A program made the translations under genes and the position numbers. Below the pieces are notes generated by a model. That model was not told where the DNA came from. It worked only from the letters and a program-made list of their open reading frames with translations, and made no database searches. Of a DNA stretch of 64,000 nucleotides, positions 19,539 to 30,600 are shown in pieces. The DNA is from a virus: positions 1 through 64,000 of IMG/VR virus record IMGVR_UViG_3300030118_001869, one strand, 5' to 3'. Each line of letters starts with the position of its first letter. Within the stretch, counting starts at the first letter, position 1.

Positions 19539-21854
19539 ATGAGTATTAGAAAGTTACATAAAAAAAGTTTAAACAAAGCAGTGGAAGGCAGAGACTTCAG
19601 GTATCGTCCTAGATACATGCCATTGAACTATGGTATGGAGGCTGGGAACTTTAATATTGGAGATGCATTCAATGTTTTAAAAAGTGGCTTCCAAGACTTT
19701 TTTGGTGGTAAAGATACTGACGGAGATGGATTCAAAGATGGTATCTTCAGAGATATGAAAGATAAAAGAGAGTTCCGTAAGAATGTAGTAGTACCTAGAA
19801 TGTATGATTACAAGGTTATGTATGATGATGATACTACACCAGGACTGTATGAATATGATGCAAAAGATTTGTTTGAGGCATCAAAGTTTGGTAAAAGATT
19901 ACTTGGTAATAATACAATAGATCCTACAGGGCAACTAAACTATAGTAATGATCCTAATGATCCTACTAATACTTTCTATACAGATCCTACTATAACTTTT
20001 AAAAATAGAGATAGTATTAATGCACCTGATGGTCTCACTACTCTGAGACCTAGTATGCTTAAAACAATAAGAGATGCATCATCAACTATAATGGGAATGC
20101 CTCCTGTACAGGAAGAAGTTAAAGATAACAAGATCAATGATGCATTAGAAGGAGTAGGTAATGCAATAAAAGATGCAGGCAGTAAGTTAACAGATTTTAC
20201 TAATGATTTATTAGAAAAAGGAGAACTAACACTTGATGATATTAAAAATAATACTCAAAATTTTATTGACAAAACTAAAGGTTTTATTCAATCTGATATT
20301 GCGCCTTTATTGAATCCTAGACTTAATAAATTTCAAAAGAAAGGTGAAGTAAATGAAACTAATACTAGATCATATGATCAACGTAGACTATTGGAGATAC
20401 AAGAAGAGATAAACAAAGGAAATCTTTCAGATGAACAAAAAAGTAATCTTTTTGCAGAACTTACTAATTATGGTATTGCAGAAGAAAACTTTTTAAAAAA
20501 CTTTAGATTAGGTATTTCACAACTAGATGAAAGACTTGAAGAAGGTACTTTACCAAATAGAGAATCTAGCTTATACACAGATGCAGAAGGCAACCCTGAC
20601 ATAATTCCAGGAGCTGGATTTTTAAGTAAACCAATGTTCAACTATTTAGAAAAAGAAGGATTTGCATGTAATACATACGCTTGTTCTATTCTAAGAGATG
20701 CTAATGTAACATACCCTATAAATATGAAACCTATGGTTATTAATAATAGAACATACTACGGAGGAGACAAAGTAGCAGTTATTCCTGGTAATTTGCAACA
20801 AGATGGTATTTATAACTATGTAACAGGTGACCAAGGTTTTAAATTTGTTGACGTTGCTACAGGTGAGGAAATGCCTGGAGACTATGCAAGAGTAGGTTAT
20901 CCAAAAACAAATCATGCAGTAATATATACAGGTGATGAAAACAACCCAGGAGAATCTATTTATAATCCAGGTAGTGTAACAACTGGTTTAAAAACTAGCA
21001 CTGCATTTAGTCCAGGCGAAGATGATATGATTAAAGTAGTAAGATACACAGGAAATCAAGATTTTATAAATAGTTTAATAGATCAAGTTAGTGATGGACA
21101 AACAAAAGTAGCAGGTACAAATGATGATGCTGGTATACCAAAAGGACAATATGGGTTTAATTTTCAAGGTACACCTCTACCAGTTATGCAAACATTCCCT
21201 ATAATGGAGGAACAAACTACTATGGTACCAAACCCAGATTTTAACTTTATGAGTTTGCTAAGTCCACAAACAGATTTAGCAAGCAGTATGCAGAATATGC
21301 AAGACTTAGAGTTACAGCAAAGATTCCCTGATTTAGGACCTACACCTGCACAGCAACAACAGTCCAATCAACCATTTATAGAAAATACAGAAATGGTACA
21401 AGTAGGAGAAGAAGAGAGACAAGTAGGTATAGAAAACCCTGCAGCACCTGAAGTTCAAGGAGCTACAGTAAAAAGAGATTTTGGAAAAGGTTTAGAAGGA
21501 TTGGGGAACAGAGCATTAACAGCACTTAATAGACTAGAGAGTAGTGTACCATTTCAAATATATCTAAAAGGTTCTGACTTTGCAGTAGGTGCAGCATCTG
21601 TAATAAATGATTATTTTCAAGATAGAAAAGTTGCTGAAGCAAAAGAAGAAATGAGAAGACTTAACATGGCAGATAATATGTTTGGTACATCAGAAAGAAC
21701 AGATAGAGGTTTATATGATACTAATACTGGACTACTTATGCCTGACATGTCTGTAACAACATCATATGGAGAGCATGGTGGTGAAGTAGAAGTAGACGAT
21801 ACAACATTAAAACAACTTATGGCAGCAGGTGCTGACATAGAAATAATAGAATAA
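19539..21854 (+). CDS. Cargo/ejection protein with putative NlpC/P60-CHAP-like peptidase domain
   Basis: ACNTYACSIL ... PGDYARVGYPKTNHAVIYTG gives the Cys...GD...H-x-x-I-Y-x-G pattern. Located in the cargo gene run. Confidence 0.55.
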   Translation: MSIRKLHKKSLNKAVEGRDFRYRPRYMPLNYGMEAGNFNIGDAFNVLKSGFQDFFGGKDTDGDGFKDGIFRDMKDKREFRKNVVVPRMYDYKVMYDDDTTPGLYEYDAKDLFEASKFGKRLLGNNTIDPTGQLNYSNDPNDPTNTFYTDPTITFKNRDSINAPDGLTTLRPSMLKTIRDASSTIMGMPPVQEEVKDNKINDALEGVGNAIKDAGSKLTDFTNDLLEKGELTLDDIKNNTQNFIDKTKGFIQSDIAPLLNPRLNKFQKKGEVNETNTRSYDQRRLLEIQEEINKGNLSDEQKSNLFAELTNYGIAEENFLKNFRLGISQLDERLEEGTLPNRESSLYTDAEGNPDIIPGAGFLSKPMFNYLEKEGFACNTYACSILRDANVTYPINMKPMVINNRTYYGGDKVAVIPGNLQQDGIYNYVTGDQGFKFVDVATGEEMPGDYARVGYPKTNHAVIYTGDENNPGESIYNPGSVTTGLKTSTAFSPGEDDMIKVVRYTGNQDFINSLIDQVSDGQTKVAGTNDDAGIPKGQYGFNFQGTPLPVMQTFPIMEEQTTMVPNPDFNFMSLLSPQTDLASSMQNMQDLELQQRFPDLGPTPAQQQQSNQPFIENTEMVQVGEEERQVGIENPAAPEVQGATVKRDFGKGLEGLGNRALTALNRLESSVPFQIYLKGSDFAVGAASVINDYFQDRKVAEAKEEMRRLNMADNMFGTSERTDRGLYDTNTGLLMPDMSVTTSYGEHGGEVEVDDTTLKQLMAAGADIEIIE

Positions 21855-21856
21855 TT

Positions 21857-24529
21857 ATGGCACATCACGGTAAAAAGAAAAAGAAAAAGGTTAAAATCAA
21901 AATCAAAAAAGTTCCACAAGGCTTTGAGATTAGGAATGGTAAGATTATGGCAAAAGCTTCCTATGGTGGTGGCTTTGTAACTGGTGATCAAATGGATTAC
22001 GGTCTAGTTACAACTTATGCTAATAACGGTAATGGTGAAAAGAAAGATGATGTAAGATATTCACTCTCTTCTGTGCCGAGAGAGTTTGCTAATATTGAAG
22101 CAGAAGGTGGTGAGACAGTATTATCTGATTTAAATAATAATGGAACGTTTGGATTATACAATATAACAGGACCAAGACATAGTCAAGGTGGTGTACCTAT
22201 GTTTTTACCAGATCAATCTTTTATTTTTTCTGACACACCAAAGATGAGAATGAAACCAGATGAGATAGCTGGCTTTGGAATAGAAACTAAAAAACGTATG
22301 ACACCTGCAGAATTATCTAAAAAGTTTCCATTGAATGAATTTATAGCAGCTGCTGGTAGTCCTGACTCAGATAATATAACTGAGAGAAGTGCAGAGTTAA
22401 TGTTGGATAAGAATATGATGAGTTTATCTAAACTTGCATTTGGTCAAGAAATGAAAAAAGGATTTGAAGATGGTGTGCCTACTGCAGCGTTTCCTTTTAT
22501 ACAATCACAGGGACAAGATCCTGTAAACTTTGCTGCTATGATGGATGCACAGATAGCACAGAATAGAGCAAAAGCATCTTACGGTATGCAGATAGTAGAA
22601 GATGAACAACCTGTTTTACCAAAAGGACAAGATGGTGTAGATGTTGAGACATCAAGAATATCTCCTGATGGAAAAAGTGTTCAACTTTTTTTGAATGATA
22701 GTTTAGCTAATGAAATACCAAATCCATATAGCAAAGATGTGTTCAGACAAATGCATGAGATGCAAATGCAAAAATATAAGGAAAATTTGCAGAGGCAAAG
22801 ATTGATGTATGATTTGGAAATGCAGAAAAGATTAGAAGAGTTACGAAAAGAAAGAGAATCAGGTAGGGGTATGACTTTAGAAATACCTAAAGCACAAACT
22901 GGTGGTGATAGAACAGACTTTTCTGATTTACCTAAAGCTATAGAGAATACTATACAGTCTATTCTTGAAGCTGCACCAGACCCACGAGCACCAGAAGTGC
23001 AACAACAAATAAAAGCAATTATTGATAAGGTTAATCAAGTATCACAAAACACAGATATATCTAATGAAGAGCAAGAAGAAACAGTTAATGAGATAGTTAA
23101 AATTGTAGCTGACAATATTGAAGATCTTGGTGAAGGAAGAAGTCCTCTTATTACTGCAGCTTTAGCAAAAATTGATAATATGCTGCAAGATAAAGGTATA
23201 GAGATAAGACCTACTATGGATGTTGGTGATCAAGGAATAGAAGACACTCAACAGAAACAAGAGTCAGGTTTATATGGTGATGTGACTGAAGAAAACTTAA
23301 AACAGTGGTTTGACAATAATAAAGAAACCATGAAAGTCATGGGTTATGATAACTATGACGCTCTTGTAGAAGATAAAGGAAAAGATTGGTTTGATAATGA
23401 TGCCTTTGTACTAGAGTATCAAAAAAATGTAAATAGTGCACTAGAAGCAAAGTATGAAGAAGACCCTGAGCTTAGAGCACAACTTGAAGAACTAGATATA
23501 AGCAAAGAAGAGTTTATTAAAACATATGGGTTTGACCCAAACGCTACTGGTAAAAATAAAAAAGCAGCTCTTGATGGTAAGTTTGGTGAGTATACACTAA
23601 ATAGAAGAGACTTTACAGGATTACCTGAGAAAGAAGAACCAGAAGAAGAAGATCCACAAGAAGATCCACTGCCACCAGGTAAAGTACCACCAATTCCTGA
23701 TTTCTACAGACAGGATATGGTCAAGATGGACGCACTATCCAAAAGAGATAGAGATTTGCTTACACCAAGTAGAATGGCAGTAGAACAGATAGAATTAGAT
23801 CCAGTATTGTTAGATCCAACTAGAGCTATAGCTGCTATAAATGAACAAGCAGCTATTGGTGCTGACGCAGCAGGTATGTTTGGTCCGCAAACACTTAGTG
23901 CTAATATAGCTAGAAATACAGGTACAGCATTTAAAAATATTGCTAATACTTTAGGTAAGTATGATGCAGCTAACGTAGGTATACTTAACAAAGCAGATGC
24001 TCTACAAGCCCAAATTGATATGAGAACGGATGCTGCAGAGCGTGCTAATTATGCAGATGTTTTTGACGGAACTAATTTAGCTATACAAAACTACATGGAT
24101 GAAAGAAATCTTGACAGAGAACAGTTTGCTGATTTATATGCTAATGCTTTAACTAATAGAGCTAATACATATAACTTAAATACATTAACACCTTACTTTG
24201 ATATTGATCCTAGATCAGGAGGTATGGTTATGAACGTAGATACTGCAGGATTATTTAAGCCTAGTCAGCCAGCAGATCCATATGCACAGTTAGAAAAATT
24301 AATGGACTTATCTAAACTTGCAAATGCAGCAGGATTAGAAACAAAACCAATAGACATTAATCAACTTTTTGGTCAAAGCTCAGGTGTAACACCAGCAGAT
24401 CAATTACGTGGATCTATAGTAAGTATGAATCAAGGTAATCAAGGAACACCTGTTAGTAAATTTGGTACAGGAATTAAAGCACCAGTAGTACCATTTTATA
24501 TAGGAACAACAGACGGAAGAAGAAAGTAA
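21857..24529 (+). CDS. Internal virion (cargo) protein, 890 aa
   Basis: ANIEAEGGET...GPRHSQGGVP...FIFSD motif typical of crAss-like cargo proteins. Helical Ala/Asn/Gln-rich C-terminal half. Confidence 0.65.
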   Translation: MAHHGKKKKKKVKIKIKKVPQGFEIRNGKIMAKASYGGGFVTGDQMDYGLVTTYANNGNGEKKDDVRYSLSSVPREFANIEAEGGETVLSDLNNNGTFGLYNITGPRHSQGGVPMFLPDQSFIFSDTPKMRMKPDEIAGFGIETKKRMTPAELSKKFPLNEFIAAAGSPDSDNITERSAELMLDKNMMSLSKLAFGQEMKKGFEDGVPTAAFPFIQSQGQDPVNFAAMMDAQIAQNRAKASYGMQIVEDEQPVLPKGQDGVDVETSRISPDGKSVQLFLNDSLANEIPNPYSKDVFRQMHEMQMQKYKENLQRQRLMYDLEMQKRLEELRKERESGRGMTLEIPKAQTGGDRTDFSDLPKAIENTIQSILEAAPDPRAPEVQQQIKAIIDKVNQVSQNTDISNEEQEETVNEIVKIVADNIEDLGEGRSPLITAALAKIDNMLQDKGIEIRPTMDVGDQGIEDTQQKQESGLYGDVTEENLKQWFDNNKETMKVMGYDNYDALVEDKGKDWFDNDAFVLEYQKNVNSALEAKYEEDPELRAQLEELDISKEEFIKTYGFDPNATGKNKKAALDGKFGEYTLNRRDFTGLPEKEEPEEEDPQEDPLPPGKVPPIPDFYRQDMVKMDALSKRDRDLLTPSRMAVEQIELDPVLLDPTRAIAAINEQAAIGADAAGMFGPQTLSANIARNTGTAFKNIANTLGKYDAANVGILNKADALQAQIDMRTDAAERANYADVFDGTNLAIQNYMDERNLDREQFADLYANALTNRANTYNLNTLTPYFDIDPRSGGMVMNVDTAGLFKPSQPADPYAQLEKLMDLSKLANAAGLETKPIDINQLFGQSSGVTPADQLRGSIVSMNQGNQGTPVSKFGTGIKAPVVPFYIGTTDGRRK

Positions 24530-24587
24530 ACAATAAAAGTGTATAGATTTAATTTCTTACACATTAAAAATTTTAGTAATTTAGATT

Positions 24588-27500
24588 ATGGCAACATATG
24601 TACAAGGTTATAAGATGTATGATAGGGAAGCAACTCCCTTTGTACCTGATTATAAGTTTTTGTCTAATGTATTAAGTACAAGGCAAACAAGATATGATCA
24701 GAACTATAAAGCTATCAATGATGCTTATAGTAGAGTTGTATTTGCTGATTTAAGTAAAGAAGAAAACAAAGAGAAAAGAGATCAGTTTGCACAACAGATA
24801 GCACCTAAAATGGCACAAATATCAGGGTATGACTTGTCACTACGTCAAAATGCAGATATGGCTGCAGGTGTATTTGCACCTTTCTATGAAGATGATAATA
24901 TAGTTAGAGACTTAACTAACACAGCTAATTACAAATTTGGAACTAGATATGCTGATGCTTTATCTCGTTCACCTGACAAATCACAAAGAGATTTATGGTG
25001 GCAACCGGGTGTAGATCATTTAAATATGCAAATGGAAAAATATTTAGCAGCATCTCCAGAGGAAGCTCTTAATATGACTATAGGTAAGTATACACCTAAT
25101 CCAAATCTATATGAATACTCACTAGCTTTACTTGATGAACAAGGTTTTTCTGTAGAGAAAGATATACTTACTGAGGATGGTAGATGGATTGTAAAACAAA
25201 AAAATGGTGATTTAGTTACAGACCAAGCATATGCCTATTTAAATAGAGCATTGATGGATGATCCTAGAGTAATAAATGGTTACCGTGTAAAGTCTGAAGT
25301 AGATGCGTACAACTTTGCTAAAAATGCAGTGCAGAACGGAGAGTTTGCAAATTTTGCACAAGCAGAAGAGTTTTGGGCTAGAGATACTATAGACAAGATA
25401 TCAACACAAGCTGCATTAGAATTAGGTGAAGATAAAAAGAAAGCTGAAGAAATGGGTGACATGGCAGCTAGATGGGAAGAGTACAATGCAAAATATGATT
25501 TTCCTGAAGGACACTCATCTGAAAAGATTGCAAATGATTTTAAATCTAGATATAAAGCATTGATTTTAGGTGTAGAAGATAAAAGAAATATAATTAATAT
25601 GGGTATAAATGCTGAGTCAACTAACAAGGACTTAATGAATCAAGCATTTATGATGTATATGGGTGTTAACATACAAAAGGATCTAGCAGCAGCTGCTAAG
25701 TCATATAGTATGAAAGACTTTAAAATGGAGATTGATACTAATCCATATGGTTTAGCTAAATATAATGCAGAACTAAAATCTATACTTCAAAGAGAAAAAG
25801 CAGAACTAGATAAAAGAAATATTGACTATGAAAATGCATTGATTCAACAAAGAAATAATTCATTGTTAATAAATGAAAGTGGTGCTGGTGGTATAGATAT
25901 TTCTAATATTTCAGATGATGGTAAGGTAGTTACTACTTCACCTAACCTACAAATGGATGCAGAGGCTATGAAACGTTATCTTGAACAGATGAAAAGTGAT
26001 CAGGTTGACTTTGTATTAAAATATCACCAACTAAGTGAGGGTTTAAAAGATGGTGGAGATGCAGCTAACATAGTTATAAATGGTAATACAATGAGTATGG
26101 ACCAAGCTAAAACTTTTTTATCTCAACCTGGAAACTCAAGATTTTTAAAAGAGCTTTATGAGTCAGCAGCTACTACAGTAAAAACAGAAAATTCTTTTCC
26201 TGAAGCAGATTTAAGTAATGCTAATAAAGATTTATTAAGACAGCTAAGACTTGTTCCTGGTGATTTAAATAAAAGAGAGGCACGTTATGTTGCATTAAAA
26301 GAAATGCAGTTTGATGCAGCTTTTAATAACTATAATGCATTATTACAAATACCAAAAGGTTATGGCAAAGACCTAGTAAATCTTAAAAACAAAGGTATTC
26401 CTAATATATTTAATAATGAGATACTTCTACCACCTGGGGTAGATGCTGTAAGTGGTGCTGATACTCCAGCCCCAACTTCTATACTATCAGAAGAAGAATA
26501 TATTACAAAATATGTTAATTGGGCACGAGGTAGAAATATACATACTAAAAGAGTAGCAGATGGTACAACTACTTCATTTAGTTCACCAACAACAGGTATA
26601 GGTACTACTTCAACAAATTATAAAACAGTATTTAGCCCAGAAAAAGCAGAAAAGAAAGCTAAAGAATATTATCAAGAGCAAGTAAAATATATTAATGCTA
26701 CTTTAAATGGTGCTATAGATATACACCGTAATGATAAAGGTGATGAAAATTTTGTATCACCATTCAAAAGATTTTCTTTTGTTGAAGGTAGTATTGGTAT
26801 TAGCTCAGACCAAATGACTGGTGCTTCTGCAAATATGGTAAGTGGTCAAAAGAATCAATTTAATCCTCAAGTTACAAGAGAAGGAGATGAGGCATACTAT
26901 GATTTCAAAACTTTAGTAGCTGAACTAAATCAAGGTACAAACATTATATCTATAGAAAGAGGTAGTGTCCTTAATAAAGATAATATGAGTGGTGAGATTG
27001 ATCAGATGAGTAAAAATTTACTTATAGCTTTATCATCAGAGGTTACACAATGGTTAAATGCACCAAGAGATACTAATGGTAATATAAAGACCACTGGTCT
27101 AGGCAAGAATCCTACTTTTGATATACAATACATGGGTATATTAGGAGGTGCAAGAGATGAAAATAAACAAGCAGGTTACATAGTTAATATGAATAATGAC
27201 TTTATTAGTGAAACTTTAACTAGTTATGGATATGAAAAGGATGAGATAAGAACCTTTTTAGAAGAGCAAGATGGAACTAAAGTATCTGTAATAGTAGATA
27301 AAAGATTTGATATGAACAGTAGAAGTCTAAATAATGTACAAGACGCTGTATCTGATGTAAACGCAAGTATTAATTTATCAGGAAATAATTCTTATATATT
27401 TGATGACTATTCAAGATCTGGTGGTTATCTTAAAGTGTATAGTCAAGGAGCACAATTCTTTTATGAGTTTCAAACTAAAACATTTAACTCAGACACAGGA

Positions 27501-27677
27501 GAGTTTGAGGTAGATCAAAGAGGAGCGGGTGTACCACTAGTAGATGGTAATAATGTACCTATACCTCTGACACAACTAGATGCAGTTATAAACGCTTTAG
27601 AAATTGATTTCTATAATATTAGTCAAAGAAATGAAAAAGCAGAAGAAGCTTATTTAAAAAGCAAAAAAAATAAATAA
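24588..27677 (+). CDS. Internal virion (cargo) protein, 1029 aa
   Basis: Large helical protein directly upstream of the vRNAP gene, the usual crAss-like synteny. Confidence 0.6.
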   Translation: MATYVQGYKMYDREATPFVPDYKFLSNVLSTRQTRYDQNYKAINDAYSRVVFADLSKEENKEKRDQFAQQIAPKMAQISGYDLSLRQNADMAAGVFAPFYEDDNIVRDLTNTANYKFGTRYADALSRSPDKSQRDLWWQPGVDHLNMQMEKYLAASPEEALNMTIGKYTPNPNLYEYSLALLDEQGFSVEKDILTEDGRWIVKQKNGDLVTDQAYAYLNRALMDDPRVINGYRVKSEVDAYNFAKNAVQNGEFANFAQAEEFWARDTIDKISTQAALELGEDKKKAEEMGDMAARWEEYNAKYDFPEGHSSEKIANDFKSRYKALILGVEDKRNIINMGINAESTNKDLMNQAFMMYMGVNIQKDLAAAAKSYSMKDFKMEIDTNPYGLAKYNAELKSILQREKAELDKRNIDYENALIQQRNNSLLINESGAGGIDISNISDDGKVVTTSPNLQMDAEAMKRYLEQMKSDQVDFVLKYHQLSEGLKDGGDAANIVINGNTMSMDQAKTFLSQPGNSRFLKELYESAATTVKTENSFPEADLSNANKDLLRQLRLVPGDLNKREARYVALKEMQFDAAFNNYNALLQIPKGYGKDLVNLKNKGIPNIFNNEILLPPGVDAVSGADTPAPTSILSEEEYITKYVNWARGRNIHTKRVADGTTTSFSSPTTGIGTTSTNYKTVFSPEKAEKKAKEYYQEQVKYINATLNGAIDIHRNDKGDENFVSPFKRFSFVEGSIGISSDQMTGASANMVSGQKNQFNPQVTREGDEAYYDFKTLVAELNQGTNIISIERGSVLNKDNMSGEIDQMSKNLLIALSSEVTQWLNAPRDTNGNIKTTGLGKNPTFDIQYMGILGGARDENKQAGYIVNMNNDFISETLTSYGYEKDEIRTFLEEQDGTKVSVIVDKRFDMNSRSLNNVQDAVSDVNASINLSGNNSYIFDDYSRSGGYLKVYSQGAQFFYEFQTKTFNSDTGEFEVDQRGAGVPLVDGNNVPIPLTQLDAVINALEIDFYNISQRNEKAEEAYLKSKKNK

Positions 27678-27683
27678 CATAAG

Positions 27684-30600
27684 ATGGCAGAAGAAAGACC
27701 AAACATTAGACCATCTGATCAACTTTTACCAGGTGCGTTAGGAAGTACGACACAAGATCCATTAGTAAATGAAAGAATGGATTCATTACCTATATCAGAT
27801 GTATTTTCAATACCATTAACTGATATACCTGTAGATGGTATGCAAAACCCAGTAAATGAACAAATGTTTGATGCAGCTAGAAGAGCTAATCAATTTATTA
27901 TACCTCAAACATTTACAAGCGGTACAAGAGATGATTCTACAACAGGATTTGATATGTCAGACCCTATGGCTTCTGTTAGAAGAAATAATGTTTCTCTTCA
28001 ACCAGACAAACCTTTACCTGAAATACCTAGATATTTTAGTGCTGCTGATACAGGATTTGATAGATATTTTGCACACAACAAATTTACTGAGTTAGGTTTT
28101 ACACCATATAATCCAAACACAGAGGCAATTTACAATAGCAATTCTGGATTAACTGATGATATGGAAAGGATGCGTGGTGAGTTTTCTGGTTTGTTTGGTA
28201 ATGCTTTTATGAGTGGTTATAGAGCTATAGGTGATCTATTTACAGGTGAGTATGGAGATCCTGACTTTGAAGGAGCAATGGCTTTTGAAAATGCTATGCG
28301 AGTTGGTAACACAACCAGAGATGGTGTAGGTGCTTTTACTAACAACTTTCTTTTAAATAGTGCTTATACAATGGGTATTATAGGTTCTATTGCAGTAGAA
28401 GAATTAGCTCTTGCTATGGGATCCGCTGCTATGACATCAACTGGTGTAGGTGCGCCAACTGGTATAGGTGCTTTTGTTGCAGGTACTTTTAGAAATCTAA
28501 AAAGAACAGGTAAGGCTATTAAAGACACATTTGCTATTGGTAGAATGGCATCAGCTACCTATGATATGATTAGAGGATTTAATAGTGTAGATAGAGCAAG
28601 AAACTTTTATCAAGCTGTAAAATTAGGTAAGCAACCTGTTGTTAAATTTTTATTGCCTGGTACTATGCGTGCTATAAGAGATCTTAATAGTAGTAAGAAA
28701 TCTATACAGTCATTGGGTAATATTGGTAAAGGAGCAATTGCATTTGGAGGATTTTATAGGGATTTAAGAGCATTGAACTTAGCTATAGCAGAAAGTAAAA
28801 TGGAATCTGGTATAACATATAATGAACAATATGCTAATGCAGTAAATATAGCACAGAAAAAATTAGGAAGAGAACTTACATTTGCAGAATTAAGTAAAGC
28901 AAATGATAATGCAGCACAGGCAGCATTTAGAACATTGCAATGGAATGCACCTGCTATATTTCTTACAAATCAGATTGTACTAAGAAGATCACTAGCAGGA
29001 TTTGGTGGCAGACTTGGTAGAATATTTGATGAGTCACTAACTAATCTTGGTAGAAGAATTGTAAGAACTAAGCCAGTTAGAGACGCTGCAGGTAAAGCAA
29101 GTAAAGATGTATTTGAAGACGCAGGTGAAGGTTTCTTAGGGTTGCCTTCTCTGAAGAGAATAAAGTCTTGGACAGTTGGTGGTACAGCTAGATTAGGTGC
29201 TCATGGTGCATTAAGATATTTTGCTGCTAATATATCAGAAGGTTTACAAGAAGTATATCAAGAAGCTGTTAATGTTGGAACACAAGATTATTTTTCAGAG
29301 TTGTTAGAAAGCAATTCAGCTCAAGATATTAATGCTATGTGGGGTGGTATTAATCAAAGCTTTTTTGGAGGACTTGGTCAAATAAACTTAGGTAAAGGTA
29401 TAGGAGAGCAAATGTCTGCACAAGGTTTTGAAACATTTATGTCAGGTTTTTTGATGGGTGGTTTAGTACAAGGACCTCAAAGGTTTGTATTTGGGTTTGT
29501 ACCAAATCAATTTAACAGATTTACTAATCCAGAACAGTATAAAGAATACCAGAAACAAAAAGAAGAATATATAAAAAATCTTGTAAAAACCTATAATGAT
29601 GCATACAATGAAAGTTTAGACAATCCTGATTTTCAATGGAATGATAAAAAATTAAACTTTGCTGCAATTCATGACGCAGCAAAAGAAATGGATTCCTATA
29701 ATTATGAAGGTGATCCATTAGGTTTCTATGACGCTAAAGATTTTATAAAGTTTCAAAACTACCAGCGTCTATTTGACAATGGTGCACACATAGAGTTTAC
29801 TAGAGGACTAAGAGATCTTACAAACCTAAGCGATGAAGAACTAGCACAAGCATTTCCTGAACAAAAAGAAGATGCTTTAAGTGGTAAGTTAAGAACTAGC
29901 TTAGAAAATCAGATAAAAGAAATAAATGATAAGGCTGATAGATATAAACAATTTAAGTCTAAGTACGAAAACAAGTATGATCCAAATAGATATGAAAAAG
30001 ATACAAGAGAATATTTTCAAGAGCTTGTAAAGTATAGAGCATTTGAGCATGCTAAATATCTATATCTATTTACAGAAAATGGTTTTGAAAGAGCACTAGA
30101 AAGAAGTAATAAAATATATAGTGAGCTAGCATCAGATCCATTATTATCTAAGATAGAAGCAAATGATTTACAACTTCTTGCTGATGCACCATCTATTCAA
30201 AATGAAATAAACCTGTTATTACAAGAAATAGATACATTAAAGAATACTCCAGGTAATAAAAGATCAGAGATAGCAGCAAAGAAAAGAAAGATAAAAGCTT
30301 TACAAAACTACTTGGGTGTATTTACAGCTAAAGAGAATCAAATTAAAGATGGTAGTAGATATAGTAGAACACCAGCTAATATTAAAAAATTAAGAGCTGC
30401 TTTATTAAACTATGTAAATACTATTGCAGAAGAAAGAGGTGACTTTGTAAATATACAAAACATAGATAGTGCACTTAGAAAGTTAATTGATTATGGTGAG
30501 TTAAAAGGAAGAACACGTACTTATGATAAAGCTATACAAATATTAGCAGATCCTAAAGCATTAGATAAACTTGCAGAAAGGATTGAGCCTATAATGGAAA

